Source: Podarcis erhardii
Lineage: Eukaryota
DNA length: 64,000 bases
Assembly: GCA_964252035.1 (NCBI GenBank)
Contig: OZ176204.1
Reading direction: 5' to 3' (one strand)
Below the pieces are notes generated by a model, which was not told where the DNA came from, made no database searches, and saw only the letters and a program-made list of their open reading frames with translations. The position numbers were made by a program, and so were the translations under genes. Positions 38,700 to 51,590 of this stretch are shown here, piece by piece (within the stretch, counting starts at the first letter, position 1; each line of letters starts with the position of its first letter).

Positions 38700-39315
38700 A
38701 TGTGCTACTTGTGCAGTAGCTGCAGGTTGTGGCTCATGAGACCATCAGGAATGAACACGATAAGCACGTGTTTTGTAGGTTGGAAACAGGTCACAACTTT
38801 AATTGATATATACAGCAGGTAATGCAGGGTTGGCAGTGACAGTAAGGCAAGGAATTTGACTCCATTCTAAGCAGCCCTCTCTGCTGACATGTTGTTTTCA
38901 TTTTGGTGGGAAGCATCCATAAACACCCATGAGAGTTGACCAGTGTTAGATCCTGATGTGGTGCAAGTGAGGGATTGATGCAATGCTGGTCCCCTCCCAA
39001 GCTAAGGGCATAACTTGTGCATTCCCTTCCACTGCGCTTTTGGGATCCCCCAAACCTCCCTACCCAGAGCCAGTTGAGGTTGGGAGTAAAATTCTTCCCT
39101 GGCCCTATCAACCAGTGGCCTAAGACCCAATGTAATACTAGCACTGAGGGCAGGTGGGGAAGCTTGTGGGGCAAAATGGTCCTGACAGTCAAGTGGCTGA
39201 GACTTTTAAGCTTTCGGCTGCCCAACCCACCTCTTGTGAGATCCTGCATCTTCCCTTGGAATCTCATGAGAGCTGGCTGGATAACCAAACCCCTCCTCTT
39301 GCCACCCAGATACGC
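38700..39315 (-). mobile_element. LTR-like element running into the assembly gap
   Basis: Minus-strand ATTAAAGTTGTGACC at about 38788-38802 and a GGGAAGAATTTT motif, as in the other LTR-like copies. Confidence 0.45.
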
Positions 39316-39462
39316 NNNNNNNNNNNNNNNNNNNNNNNNNNNNNNNNNNNNNNNNNNNNNNNNNNNNNNNNNNNNNNNNNNNNNNNNNNNNNNNNNNNNN
39401 NNNNNNNNNNNNNNNNNNNNNNNNNNNNNNNNNNNNNNNNNNNNNNNNNNNNNNNNNNNNNN
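39316..39462. other. Assembly gap (147 N)
   Basis: Direct read. Confidence 1.
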
Positions 39463-41049
39463 TGGCACACATATTCACAGTTTGTTGATCTCTTATTAAT
39501 TTATTACTTTTGGATCATTGGTCGGAAACCTTTCATGAAATATTTAAAATCACCGACCCATGCATGGTTAAATGCATTTTAAAAAAGAGTTGCCTTCCCA
39601 AATGTATCATGTTTCCCCCTATATTGCTCCCCCGTTGAACCCAGAGAACTCTTGGAGAATAATCAAACTTGAAAATGTATCTCACAAGATACATTTAATC
39701 CACATTCTGATGTGGTATCACAAGTGTAATCAACAAGACATTCAATATCCAAGAAGAAATGAACATTTGGAGCAATTGTATACTCTCCACATCGAGGATT
39801 TCCAGAAAATAATTTTAGTAGCAGCATTTCTGTAGGTGTGATACATTAAGAAAAATGAACCGTGTTTATCAGCTCTCAAACATAGGGTTTCCCCTATAAT
39901 GGTGTAGATTTTGATGTTGCAAAATGTTACTGAGGTTCTAAGCAAACAAAGATCTCTTTCTGAAAACAGAACATTCAAATGAAAAGTTTTGTGCCTAGAG
40001 ATTGTGTTTCAGTTACTTTTCCTTCAGAACAGATGCCTATTAGGTTCAATTAATTTGAGTCAGCTTGAAAACTAGCAACAGGCAACTGGGCCCCAGTCTG
40101 ACACCCCCATAGTTCTTCATCTGAGCCCAACAATCCTCCTCAAATGATGCACCACAGAGGAAAGACCCTTAAACCTTTATTCCAGCCTCCAGTGTGAGCT
40201 GCACCTTAATTAGCCAATCCTATGTGGAAACCAAGAGACAGTCAGATGAGAATCTATTCTCAACACCCTGAACTAACTATGGTTCCTATCTGCTTTAAAT
40301 TTTCAGTGTGTTTGCAGCCACTGTGCATGTGTGTTTTACAAGTTGGAGGATACTCTTATTCCTCAGCAAAACTAAACAAATCTCCCCCTCCTCTCCTCCA
40401 GCAACAAGCGTTTTAGATTATGAATTGCATTTTTGTAGTCTTTCACTGTAAATTTGGAAAATGCCAGAGGACTACCAAGACTCTAATAAAAATAAAATAA
40501 AAAGTAATATACTGTACAAAGCTAGATTCAGGCCACCCCTGCACCTAGATTCCTCTGAGATTCAGCTGCAACATGGAGTGCATGAGGGAATCCAAGCGTG
40601 TTCCTTGTTTCCTTTCTTTGGATGTCACCACTCATACATCAGTAGAGAGTGGAGAGATCTGTGGTGTATGAAGATTCCTAGCTCCGAATGGGCACAGAAA
40701 GGCAGCTACATCCAACTTGCTGATCTAATAGTTCAAGGCACTTTGCAGACCCTCCCATGGTAGACTAGAGTGCTCCAACACACTGTTCAGAAATCACAGA
40801 CAGTGAGCCTTGTACCACTCAGTTCTCTGGAGTTAGAGCACTAAACCCCAATAAGCAAAATGTTTTAAAATATTGTTTGAAATGTTTCATTTAATCTCGG
40901 TGTTTCTGTACTTCCATTCCGCGTAATCATTTAATTTAATGCCTTTCTTGGTCATTTCTATGGCCCACTCTCAGGAGGATCCTCCTCCTCCTTTCTCTAA
41001 TATGTAAGGTTAACCGGCAGGATTTTTTTTTAAGCCTCTTTTCTGTACA

Positions 41050-41280
41050 TTACCATATTTTATCTCCACCTCTGTAGCTTTCTCCCTCAGCCATTAATCT
41101 CTGGTGTGAAGCTTTGTCAAATTCTATTTTGAAAATTTATCTTCACTACATCAATTGAATTCCCCTTCATCTGTTATGGCAATAATATTTTCAAAGAACT
41201 CCAGCAGCCTAGTTAGGCACGACCTCCCCTGCATGAATCTGCACTGCCTCGCTTTAATCTGCCTATCACAGGCCCACACT
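41050..41280 (-). mobile_element. Ancient, degraded CR1-like RT fragment
   Basis: The reverse complement reads FMQGRSCLTRLLEFFENII.., similar to the CR1 motif GF..GRSCLTNL..F, followed by a frameshifted D..D..KAFD-like region. Confidence 0.65.
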
Positions 41281-44200
41281 CCTACTTAGATCTCTTAAGA
41301 TAATTAATCCCTTAAGAAAACATGAATGTTAATACTTCTCCCACAAACAGTATTTTGATTGTGGCTAAATTGAACTGTTGAGTGGGTAGAATAGGAGAAG
41401 CTTTTGAGAATATAGCCCACACTACAGATATACACTGTTCCCTCTTCTCCACGGACCGCTGGGAATTGTCCTGTGTGGAGGCGTTAGAGAGTTGTAAAAG
41501 ATAATTCCCAACTCCTAATGAAACTACAACTCCCAGGATTCTTTGAGGAAAGCCTATGCAAGAATACAGTATTAAAAAATAATAATCTAGCAGATTAGAA
41601 ACTGGCAGAGCTGCAGCTACTCTAGTTAGATCTCTCTCCCCCTTAATAATTATTGTCCTGCGGCTTTTTGTCCCAGTTGGTGGCGGCATATCATGATTTG
41701 GTGTTGTTTGGAGTGGGTTGCTAGTGCTAAAGATGGAGCAACTAGACTCAGGTCTAATCTGGTTTGCTTGGGGCTTTTCCAGGGTGCCAGGGTAATAACT
41801 CTTCAAAGACCCCCAAGACACCACAGTTGCCCTTCTTGAGGGGGGAGGAAATTGTTCAGTCATTCAAGGCTTCTGCAGTGAAGACTGAATGAAAGAATTC
41901 ATTTAACTTCTCTGCAGTCTCCTTATTCTCCTCCAGCAAGCTTCCCCCTCCTTTGTCATTTTGTCACAGAATGATCCATCAGCCTCCTAGCTTGGTTTGT
42001 ACTTCAGATGCATTTAAAGATTTTTTTTTTGTCTTTGTTTTTAATGTCATTAGCAATGTGCTACTTTTCTACTTCTTTACCTTATTATCAACCTACTTTT
42101 GGTGGGACAAGGGAGTTTGTGTTTCTCTTCATTTGGAAAATACTACTTCTGCTTTGGGCGGGGGGAGCGAGTCTTGCATTTGATAGGACTTCTTGTTACT
42201 CTTCATAGTCCTATCACCTCACATTATCCCAGGCATAATTTGTATCTAAGGTGGCAGCTCACATATTCAGCTGTACATAATATTAAATGATGTATTCATG
42301 GGTGAATCCCCCGTCTAAAGACTGAAATATTAGAGATCTACGAACACACACTAAGCATTTTCAGCCTTAGATGGGAGTGTGTTTGTCCTTGCACTGAACT
42401 CCACCAAGAAATTACTATTGTTTAATCACTGAAAAATCCATAAAGCCTGAGAGCTCTATCAGCATCCATAAGCCTTGTAACAGCTGGGCTCTTCAGACTC
42501 CGTTGTATGCATCCTGAAAACATATGAACCATGTTTCAGAGTACTCCCAGTTTTTCCAGTTTCATATTGATAAATGTCCCTGGAAGAAGAAACGCTTTGC
42601 TAGCACTGTTGCCTATTCATGTAGAAGTTCTTCATCAAGGACTGAGCAGGCTGTAAGAGAACCTGTGTTTGTTACAGAGCAACCTTTCTCAACCTTGGGT
42701 GCTCTCCTCAGATATTGCTGGATCACAACTCCCACAATTCCTGGATATTGACAAGGTTGTCTGGGGATGATGGAAGTAGTCCAACACCATCCAGTGACCC
42801 AAGGTTGAAAAGGGTTGTCATAGAGAGTAGAAACTCAAGCTGTACGTGGCAGCAGGAGACCTAGAGTAAAGTCAGATTGGTTGCAGCCAATGGGCTTCAA
42901 GTACTTAAAAATTCTAATGCATAGGAAAGGCAGTTTGTGGAGGTAATTATGATGTCACCACCTCCTACTGGCCTCATGATGACTTTTAAAAATCAGCTTC
43001 ACACAGTGAAATTGATGAGGTGGTCACAAGAGGTATTTTCATAGGATTTTGCTTCACTTTGAAGCTGTGATAGGAGAGGATGGCACTAATTATTGTGCTG
43101 AACCTTCAACGTTTCAGCATATTGGGTAAGTATCCTGTTGGGAATCTTTTACTTCACATCACTATGTTTCTACACAAAATATGAATACAGAATATGCTAC
43201 AGAATACAGAAGTCTGCTACAAGCCTAATGTTGAAAATTAAGTAAGTGATGCTTTGAATGATGCTTTGAATATCCTTCATCAATTCTCATGAAAGTTGAG
43301 TTGCATGATTCCTTTGCTATGGACTTTTACTTTGAGGAAGCAGAGCTCTTTCAAATATAATAAATGCAATGGACATATAATATATTAATTACATGCTTCT
43401 GATCAATTATTATCACTAAAACGTTCTTTTACTAACCAGGAAATGACAGTTATCTCACACTGAGACTGACAAGCAAAATCATATTAGAAAGTGGTTTCTA
43501 ATTAGCTAAGCACTGCGGACCCCCTGTTTTTTAATAAAAAGTCAAGCCATGGACCCACTACTTCTGAAAATGTTGATATCTCTATGGTAGTTTTTGTTAC
43601 CCTGGGTGGGTTATGCAAACTCCCTGGGGTCTGTGGACCACCAATTGGGAACCACTGCTATAATATATACTGTTCTCTGGTATAGATGGTAACATCGTAG
43701 CCCCAGTATATTTCAAGTGAGCTTTGAAGAAATATGGGTGCCAACCTTAATGCTGCTTTTTGCTGGCATGACTCGGAGATATAGGCTGTATGCATATATT
43801 ATCAGTTATTCTTTTTGAGGAAGTTGAAACAGTTCCAACAGATATGCGGTGTATTGCTAAAGAGTAAATTAGCTTTCACTCTAAAGGATTAATTAAATCT
43901 CCAACCTTTTTATATTCCCAGACCTTGTCTTGCAGTGTCTGGGAAGAATGGGGGGTATACTGTTGCACTTAGACTTAATTAACCTGGATATAGCTATGCA
44001 AGGGAACAATTCTGGTGTTGATTTGTATGCTGGTGAGGCTGTTAGCCTGTTGTTTTCATGCATCTTTGTATAATGCTTAATAAATATGTAAGTAGCTTGT
44101 AGAGCTGTTTGCTCTTCCAGTGAATTATTGTGATCCTTCATAACAAGTGTGATTATGTTTTTCGCTCTACCAAAATGAGAAGTGATCTGAAGTCAGCCCA

Positions 44201-45426
44201 TTAACTAGGAAGGCAATGTACAATAGACTTGACAAGGGAATGGTCTACTAAAGTTTGGGCTGCTTGATTCACAGTCCACCCAAGTGAATGCAGCTAGCAT
44301 GGCCAATCTAATGAATACTGATTTGGCAGTGAGTCCTATTGAACTCAGTGGGACCCACTTTTGTGGCAATCCTGCCAACATACCCCCATCATGGAGCAGC
44401 ATGCCCATGACCCTTCCATGTTAGCCATGGATGAATTGAGGCTATCCACATGCAGCAAGGGGAAACACCCCAGTGAGCCTACCCAAATGGACACCACACA
44501 CACGAGGAACCATCCACCAGGCATAAAGTCCCCACGGTGCTCTCACATCAGCAGCCAGTGGCACAGGCCGTACTGAGAACCCTCCTCCCATGATTAATAA
44601 CCACCATTTTGAATGACTAACCACAGGGAAGGGTGTATAGGCAGTCCAATGCAACAGCTTGCTTGGGAGGGGGCATGCATGACAAGTGCATAGGCTCTTC
44701 CTCAGACAAGGGTTCAAACCCCACTGCAGGAGCAAGATCCATTTAAAGAGGAATTATATGGGGTAACCTAATGGCACTGTGAAGGGTAGCTGGTAGCTCA
44801 CTTAACAGGCCACTCAACTTACCTTGAGCAGGCAAGGTAAGTTAAAGCCAAACTCATCTTATGAGAATTTGCTTACTTCCAGTGGGAACGCTGAGCCTCT
44901 TTCTTTTGGATGGATGATTGACACACTCGGAGGAAATTTCATAAAAGCTTTATTCTTATCTCTCTCCAGCATACAATAAATGGTCATTTAGGGTTTCTAG
45001 TTTAATTCAGTAGGAGTTATCAGAGTAAGTACAAGAAATAGAGGCACCTTTTAATGTCTGTATATATGAAACGCCCCCCCCCCCCACTACCCCGTTTTCA
45101 TTATAGCATAAGTGTTTTGTGACCTGCCTCCTCCCTCTCCCACAGTTTTGGCAAACTGCTAGAGATAAAAGGAACATAGGAACTTGCCTTTTATAGAGTA
45201 AGATTTTCATAATCTAGCTCACCATTGTCTGGACTGACTGCTCTCCAAGCTTTCTGGCAGGATTCTTTTCCAGTTTTACTTGGAATGCCAAGAATTGGAT
45301 TTGGGACCTTTTGCATGCTAAGCATCTGCTCTAACACCAAGACCCCAACCTTCCACCATCCCCTTCCTATAATAAAAATCAAAGAGTCACAATAACAAAA
45401 TGGAGCCTCCATATTAAGAAGCAGTG

Positions 45427-45570
45427 TACCAACTCAGTCGGTGGAGCATGACATTCTTAATCTCAGGGTTGTGGGTTCAAGCCCCGCTTTGTGCAAAAAG
45501 ATTCCTGCATTGCAGGGGGTTGGACTAGATGGCTCTCGTGGTCCCTTCCAACTCTACAATTCCATGATTC
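45427..45570 (+). mobile_element. Full-length tRNA-Lys-derived SINE with CR1-type tail
   Basis: Head CTCAGTCGGTGGAGCATGACATTCTTAATCTCAGGGTTGTGGGTTCAAGCCCC. The tail GCAGGGGGTTGGACTAGATGG..TTCCAACTCTA..ATTCCATGATTC matches the CR1 3' ends in this window. Confidence 0.88.
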
Positions 45571-45816
45571 CACCGACCAACAAGTATAGGAAATGGGCAA
45601 AATAGGTGTGGAGCTTGCCTTGATGCTTTGCTTGCAAGATCCCAGAGTTCCCCGAGACATCTGGCTAGCCACTTTTGTAAACAAGAGTGCTTGATTTAAA
45701 GTCATTGTGGCCCAGTGGTTAGAGTCTCAGCCTAGGACCTGGAAGACCAGGGTAGAAATAGTCAATCAGCCATGAAGCTCACTGAATGAACTAAAACTAA
45801 CCATTGGGTTATATTT

Positions 45817-45973
45817 AAAGGTAAAGGTAAAGGGACCCCTGACCATTAGGTCCGGTTGCAGACAACTCTGGGATTGTGGCGCTCATCTCACTTTACTGGC
45901 AGAGGGAGCTTCCAGGTCATGTGGCTAGCATGACTAAGCCACTTCTGGCGAACCAGAGCAGCTCATGGAAATG
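45817..45973 (-). mobile_element. Sauria SINE 3' half
   Basis: AAAGGTAAAGGTAAAGGGACCCCTGACCATTAGGTCC...GTCATGTGGCTAGCATGACTAAGCC. Confidence 0.9.
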
Positions 45974-46909
45974 TAGTGCTGTGTAAATGCTTAGTCAACT
46001 AAGCAAGGATTTCTGTTTGTGTAATGCAATTTTATCCATCTCTCCTGCTCCCATGCCCCCTAAATATTTTCTAGGAATTCCCCAACCCTCCAATTTGGGG
46101 AGAGTGCTGGATGTGTGTAGGGGACAATGCAAGTTCAACTCTGCCAGTGCAAATCATTGTACTAACGAATCAAGTGCATTTGATACCATCCACTATCTCA
46201 CAACCTAACCTTTATCACAGGGTGGTTGTGAAGATAAACTGGGGAGGGGGGGAGGGGGGGAGGGAGGGAGGGACAGCACCTTTGGCTCCCTAGAGGAAAC
46301 GTGAAATATAAATGTAATTAAATAAAAACTAATCTTACTGTAATCTAGCAAAGCAGTTCCTATTAATCATTATACAAAGCATGAAATGTTAAAATTATTT
46401 TTGCCTGTAATTTCAAAGTAAATATGATTTCTAGAGGAATAGGATCCTTTTCCTATTTGCTGTTTGTCATCCTTTCAAAATAACGTTGTTGCCTGCCATA
46501 GAAGAAAATAACAGCCTCTAAAACATCTTTGGAGTTAAATGGTGGGCAGTTAGATGCTAACTAGAAATGATCAAATCTGTAATGAAGCTTTTCCCCACAC
46601 ACAATGGGGAAAATGTTTCCATTTTCAAATGATAAAACTAGGCAAAAGAAATTTTATGATCTAAACTTGCAGCAAATCATTTGTATTGATCTGTTTGTTT
46701 CAATTCTGCTGAGGCTAATGGAAATAATTTGTCACCTGACTTGTCCCAGTTGATTTGAAAAACTACCGTATCATTTATCAGGCCAGTTGAAGCCCTGGTA
46801 CAAGTGTGCTGATACAAAGTAAAGCATCAAGGAACAGAGCGAGCAAATTATTTTTTTTTAATCCTTTATCCTTTGGTTTCCCATGCTGAATGCAGTGACA
46901 CTATGAATT

Positions 46910-47352
46910 TTGTTGTTTAGTTGTGTCCGACTCTTCATGACCCCATGGACCAGAGCATGCCAGGCACTCCTGTCTTCCACTGCCTCCTGCAGTTTGGTCA
47001 AACTCATGCTGGTAGCTTCGGGAACACTGTCGAACCATCTCATCCTCTGTCGTCCCCTTCTCCTTGTGCCCTCCATCTTTCCCAACATCAGGGTCTTTTC
47101 CAGGGAGTCTTCTCTTCTCATGAGGTGGCCAAAGTATTGGAGCCTCAGCTTCAGGATCTGTCCTTCCAGTGAGCACTCAGGGCTGATTTCCTTAAGAATG
47201 GATAGGTTTGATCTTCTTGCAGTCCATGGGACTCTCAAGAGTCTCCTCCAGCACCGTAATTCAAAAGTATCAATTCTTCGGCGATAAGCCTTCTTTATGC
47301 TCCTGCTCTCACTTCCATACATCACTACTGGGAAAACCATAACTTTAACTAT
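46910..47352 (-). mobile_element. RTE/BovB LINE 3' fragment
   Basis: VFPVVMYGSESRSIKKAYRRRIDTFELRCWRRLLRVPWTARRSN...KTLMLGKMEG. TSD ACAC(T/C)ATGAATT at 46898-46909 and 47353-47364. Confidence 0.95.
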
Positions 47353-49089
47353 ACACCATGAATTAGTGGAATGCAAAAATTATGAATTTGATTTTGCAGT
47401 CTCAATAGGACAGCTGGTCTAAGTTTGTTTTCATGGGATGCCTGATTTTTAGTTGGCTATTTAACTAGCATAGCTCAAGTTCTCAAAGTTATCAGGAGAT
47501 TCCTCAGTCACAGAGAGAACATTACAGTACACAGTTGACATGCAGGTATAGCATCTAAGAGAAAAATAACCTGGCTGGGTTTTTGTTTTGCTTTCATGCT
47601 GCTTTCATGCTGCTTGCCATAAACCCTCAGTGTACTAAGCTTTATACCTCTGGTGAACAGGCAGCTTTGCACTGGTTCTTGCTCCAAATCATCTACAAAT
47701 AATGGCAGCTGGTAGCTGGTACACATATTTTCATCCAGGGGTGTCAGGGTGGGACAAGCAATTCCAGTAAGTAGTTTGGCAGCTGGAATCACATTTCCTC
47801 ACATTTACATTTCTTGTAAACCAGCCCATATACAGGATTAAGATTTCAGCCTCATATGTAGTTCTTTTTTGGTGAAATTTAAGCTCCTCCAGTTTTCTTT
47901 TTGCTATTTCCCCCTCAGTTTAGCCTTAGTCTTCGCTAATGAGTCATTTTTAACTGATGACACTTACATAAAATTAGCATTTGCAATTTGCATCTCCCCC
48001 TGTCCACCCCATTACACTGGCAGCACTGGCAAAACTAGGCCCATGTTGGGCTGTCACAGCTGTGGTTATATAAAATTCTCTCCACCACATTAGAGCATAC
48101 TGCAGGGTTTTTGTTTTTGGTTGGGTGCAATTTTGTGGTTTACTTGTTAAAAGCGCCAAAGGATGGCTATATTTTTAATTGCAATATCAAAATGCATGAG
48201 AATGAGACTGCATTTTAAATTATAAAAATGGAAAGTGAAAAACAAATTTACAAGCAACACAAGATTGGCGAATGTTGTTGTATCCTAGTACTTAATAGAT
48301 TAATTGGTCATTTAATTGATTAAAAGCAACACAGTTAATTAACTAAACATTATAATTGGTCAGCAGCCCTTGTAATTACCCAATTCCCAAAAGACAAATG
48401 TCCTAGTAGTTGTTGTTAATATGCATGCAATTATTCTAAATTGTAGAGCTTTAGGCTTCAAATGTTACATCTTAATCAGAATGGAATCTAGAAAAGGTTT
48501 CCATGTAGCAGTGGCTCCTTCAACTTTCCACAGTCCTGGGCTGCTATGGAGAGGGGCTATATAACCTAAACGAGCTATTGTTTTAAGTGGAACTTGTCAA
48601 TCCAAAACCTATTAAAAATAATCAATAATTTGTTTATTGAAAAGGATAAAAAACAGAGTAAAATGTCAGCCATTTGAGAGGTGCTCTAAACAATGGCCAA
48701 GAGAGTAGAAATCAATACACCCCCTAATCCTCTATTAAAAGTAAGCCTGTGTTCAAAGTGAGCTCTGTTCTTCCTATGACACTCCTAATTTTCCAAACTT
48801 TCTTCTTTCAAGGAACACTTTCTACATCAACTTGTCTGCTGAGAAATCACTGTCTTCTAATGGAACCATTGCACATTGCAGTGGATTCTGGGGCATGTTC
48901 TTTCAGTTAAATTGAGCATTGGCCAGAATTGGTCAGCCCCAATTTTCTCTTGTGAGCTGAGACCACATCATTAAATCATATTCAGCAATCCAGTGCAACT
49001 ACCTGCTCCCATATAAATCTACCCACAAGTTGGGCTATTCCCCAGAGGCCTTGTCTGAGTGCCTCCACCCACTGAAATATGATAGATGG

Positions 49090-49412
49090 TAAAGGGCTTG
49101 CAAATCCTAAGGTTGGCAGTTTGAATCCTCATGATGGGATGAGCTTCCATTGCTTAGTCCCAGCTCCTTCCAACCTAGCAGTTCAAAAGCATACCAGCGC
49201 AAGTAGATAAATAGATACCGATGCGGTGGGAAGGTAAAAGGTGTTTCTGTGTGCTCTGGTACTCTTCACGGTGTCCTGTTGCGCCAGAAGCGGTTTAGTC
49301 ATGCTGGCCACATGACTCAAAAAAGCTGTCTGCAGACAAACGCCTGCACCCTTGGCCTGAAAGCGGAGAGAAGCGCCACACCCCATAGTTGAAATTGACT
49401 GGACTTAACAAC
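49090..49412 (+). mobile_element. Diverged Sauria SINE
   Basis: CCAACCTAGCAGTTCAAAAGCA...AGTAGATAAATAG...TTAGTCATGCTGGCCACATGAC...GGGGTCCTTTACCT tail. Confidence 0.85.
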
Positions 49413-51551
49413 CATCCAGGGGTCCTTTACCTATGGCAAATGGCAAGGTAGGGCAGTGCCTTGTTAGTGGAGAGCTCTCCTTCTCTTCGGAAATTTGGCT
49501 TGGTCCTTCCATATTCTCTTTTAGTAACAAACCATAGGTAGCTCTGAGAACTTTTGGCTGGCTCTGAATAGTTTCCTCTTGTTGTGATTAATGTTTCTGT
49601 TAGCAAGTGGGACCAGCAGCAAAATGGTGCCGTGTATCCCCACTTCCCTAAGAAGCTTGCTCCTGCTTCAGCTTGGCTCAGAAGCATTGTTCAAGCCTCT
49701 TGGGGAATGGGGATGGTCATCCCTTTGCCTTCCTCTCCATCCTTCCTGTTATAAAGCAGGAAGAGAAGTTTAACTTCATGGCCTGTATCTCCCAGCTCTA
49801 ATCCATGCACTTGATGAAGTTGTTAGGGGTCTCAGCAAGTCAATTCTTTCTCTCTTTCTCTCTGTGAGCCACCTGCTCTCAGTTTATAGACTAAAGTGAT
49901 AGACTCACACAGTCTGTCAGACTTTTGGTTTCTTTATATCTCCCTGCTGCCGCCACAGAAGTGAGTGCTGCCCATAGAGAACAATAGAGAAATCCAGCGT
50001 CATAGCATAGCTGCGCGTTTTCACCCACCTCCAACAAAAGGTGGGAGTTTCTCTCTTTGGTGTTCAATATGATCCTGGAAGTTACACTTCCTAGAGAATG
50101 TGGTGAGATACTCTATTATCTGCATATGCTCAGAGTCAACTGTGCTCAGTACTTTGTAAACCATGGAAGCTTGCAGGTTCCTGTTGGTCTGTTGCTGTTT
50201 AATTAAAATAAACCATTTTAATTCTTTAAAATATAAAATAAGATATCCTTCTCACATTTTCTTAAATTGTTGGCAGCCAGACCAAGCAAATTATGCTTTA
50301 TATCTCTATTATCCTGTTGCATGCTGTTGTTGTGTTACATTGCTGTGACAAGGAAAAGGAATATATATATCCATATTCCAAATTTCCACTCAGCCACCCA
50401 ACTTTGCTATTAGAGGGAACAAAAAAGAATGGTTTTGATCATTTTGGTGTGTGTTTTTCTAGGATTTCCTTATGCTTGTGTTAGACACTCACTCAAAATA
50501 TTTTAAAGAAAATACTGAATACGTCTCTGGGTGATATAATGGATTATGGGCAATCTGTTTTTCAGGGAAGCTTGTATGACATCACTGAGAAGCCCCTGGT
50601 AATCTTCCAAGGAACTTCAGAGTTCCCATGGAACAAAGTTTGAAAACCACTGCTGTCATGCTGCAGTGGATGTTAACCAGCATGCAGCCATTTTCATCCC
50701 CGCCTTCTCCAGATATACAGAGTGGAAGTCAATTTATGGCTAATTCCTCGGCAGGAATGCTTGCTCAAACTCAACAGAGCTTCTAGTGGGTATACCAGTT
50801 TATGAGGCAATCTGTCATATTTAAGCAGGTCTCTGTTCCCTGACTAGCCTAAAGCAGAAGCAAGCTATCTGAGTACTGCATACTGCACTGTTGTGAAAAT
50901 GTACTAAACAATCATTATGGAAACTGGAATGCTTTGAGCATATTTCTACTAATGGATCAGTAACTTCCATTCTGATTGGTTGAGAGACAATATGTTTTAA
51001 GTCACCCATACAGAGAGATCAGAGCAGCCAGCAGCGTTGTAGACTTAAAGCTACCTCACTGCCAATCCTTGCTTATGAGGCAGTTTCAAAACTATAGATT
51101 TTCATCCTATAATTCATTGTGTTCTACTCCTTTGTATTCAGTGGGAGTTGTGGACTTGGAGTATAAATGTGGAAAAGTTCCATAACATCTGCTGCTAATT
51201 TCTGCCAGATGAAAGTGATAATGATGATGAATATTTCTGTTGATGCTACTGATACATCGGCGCATCTAAGCTCACTTCCACACTGTATGAATATCTAATT
51301 GAAAATACATGACTTGTAACACAGACTCGTTGACTTGGACACACTTTTAATCGTCTTCATTCACTTTAGGATTTCTGCTTTCTAATTTTAAAGGAATAGC
51401 ATATCTGGTGAAAGTTTCTTGGTAGAAGTTTTGCTATAAGGCGTTTGACTTTACCTTGGTAAATGCATTTTATGCTTTCGACCTGAAGGACTTGATATTT
51501 TTGTGTCCTCAGCTGAAACTGCCCAGCATTGCCTTGAAATTCTAAGAAATG

Positions 51552-51590
51552 GGACTTCCGGGTTGGCGCCATCGCCGAATGGCGGACTCC
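51552..51590 (+). promoter_or_regulatory. Putative internal Pol II promoter core at the element 5' terminus (ETS-like ACTTCCGG, YY1-like ATGGCGG)
   Basis: Both motifs lie within the first about 40 nt of a CpG-dense segment. Mammalian L1 uses a 5'-terminal YY1 site (established); function here is inference. Confidence 0.35.

Noticed and set aside
38791-39582. Long ORFs of 142-225 aa
   Set aside because: They read through the N gap and an LTR-like sequence and show no protein motifs.
39572-39860. Possible decayed exon next to the gap
   Set aside because: Multiple stops in the most protein-like frame and no recognisable homology.
41312-41863. 183-aa minus-strand ORF
   Set aside because: It crosses decayed CR1-like sequence and a small MITE fragment; no recognisable domain or splice context.
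45427-45495. tRNA-Lys gene
   Set aside because: The acceptor stem and anticodon arm are degenerate and the sequence is fused to a CR1 tail, so it is a SINE head; the same applies at 2900-2962.
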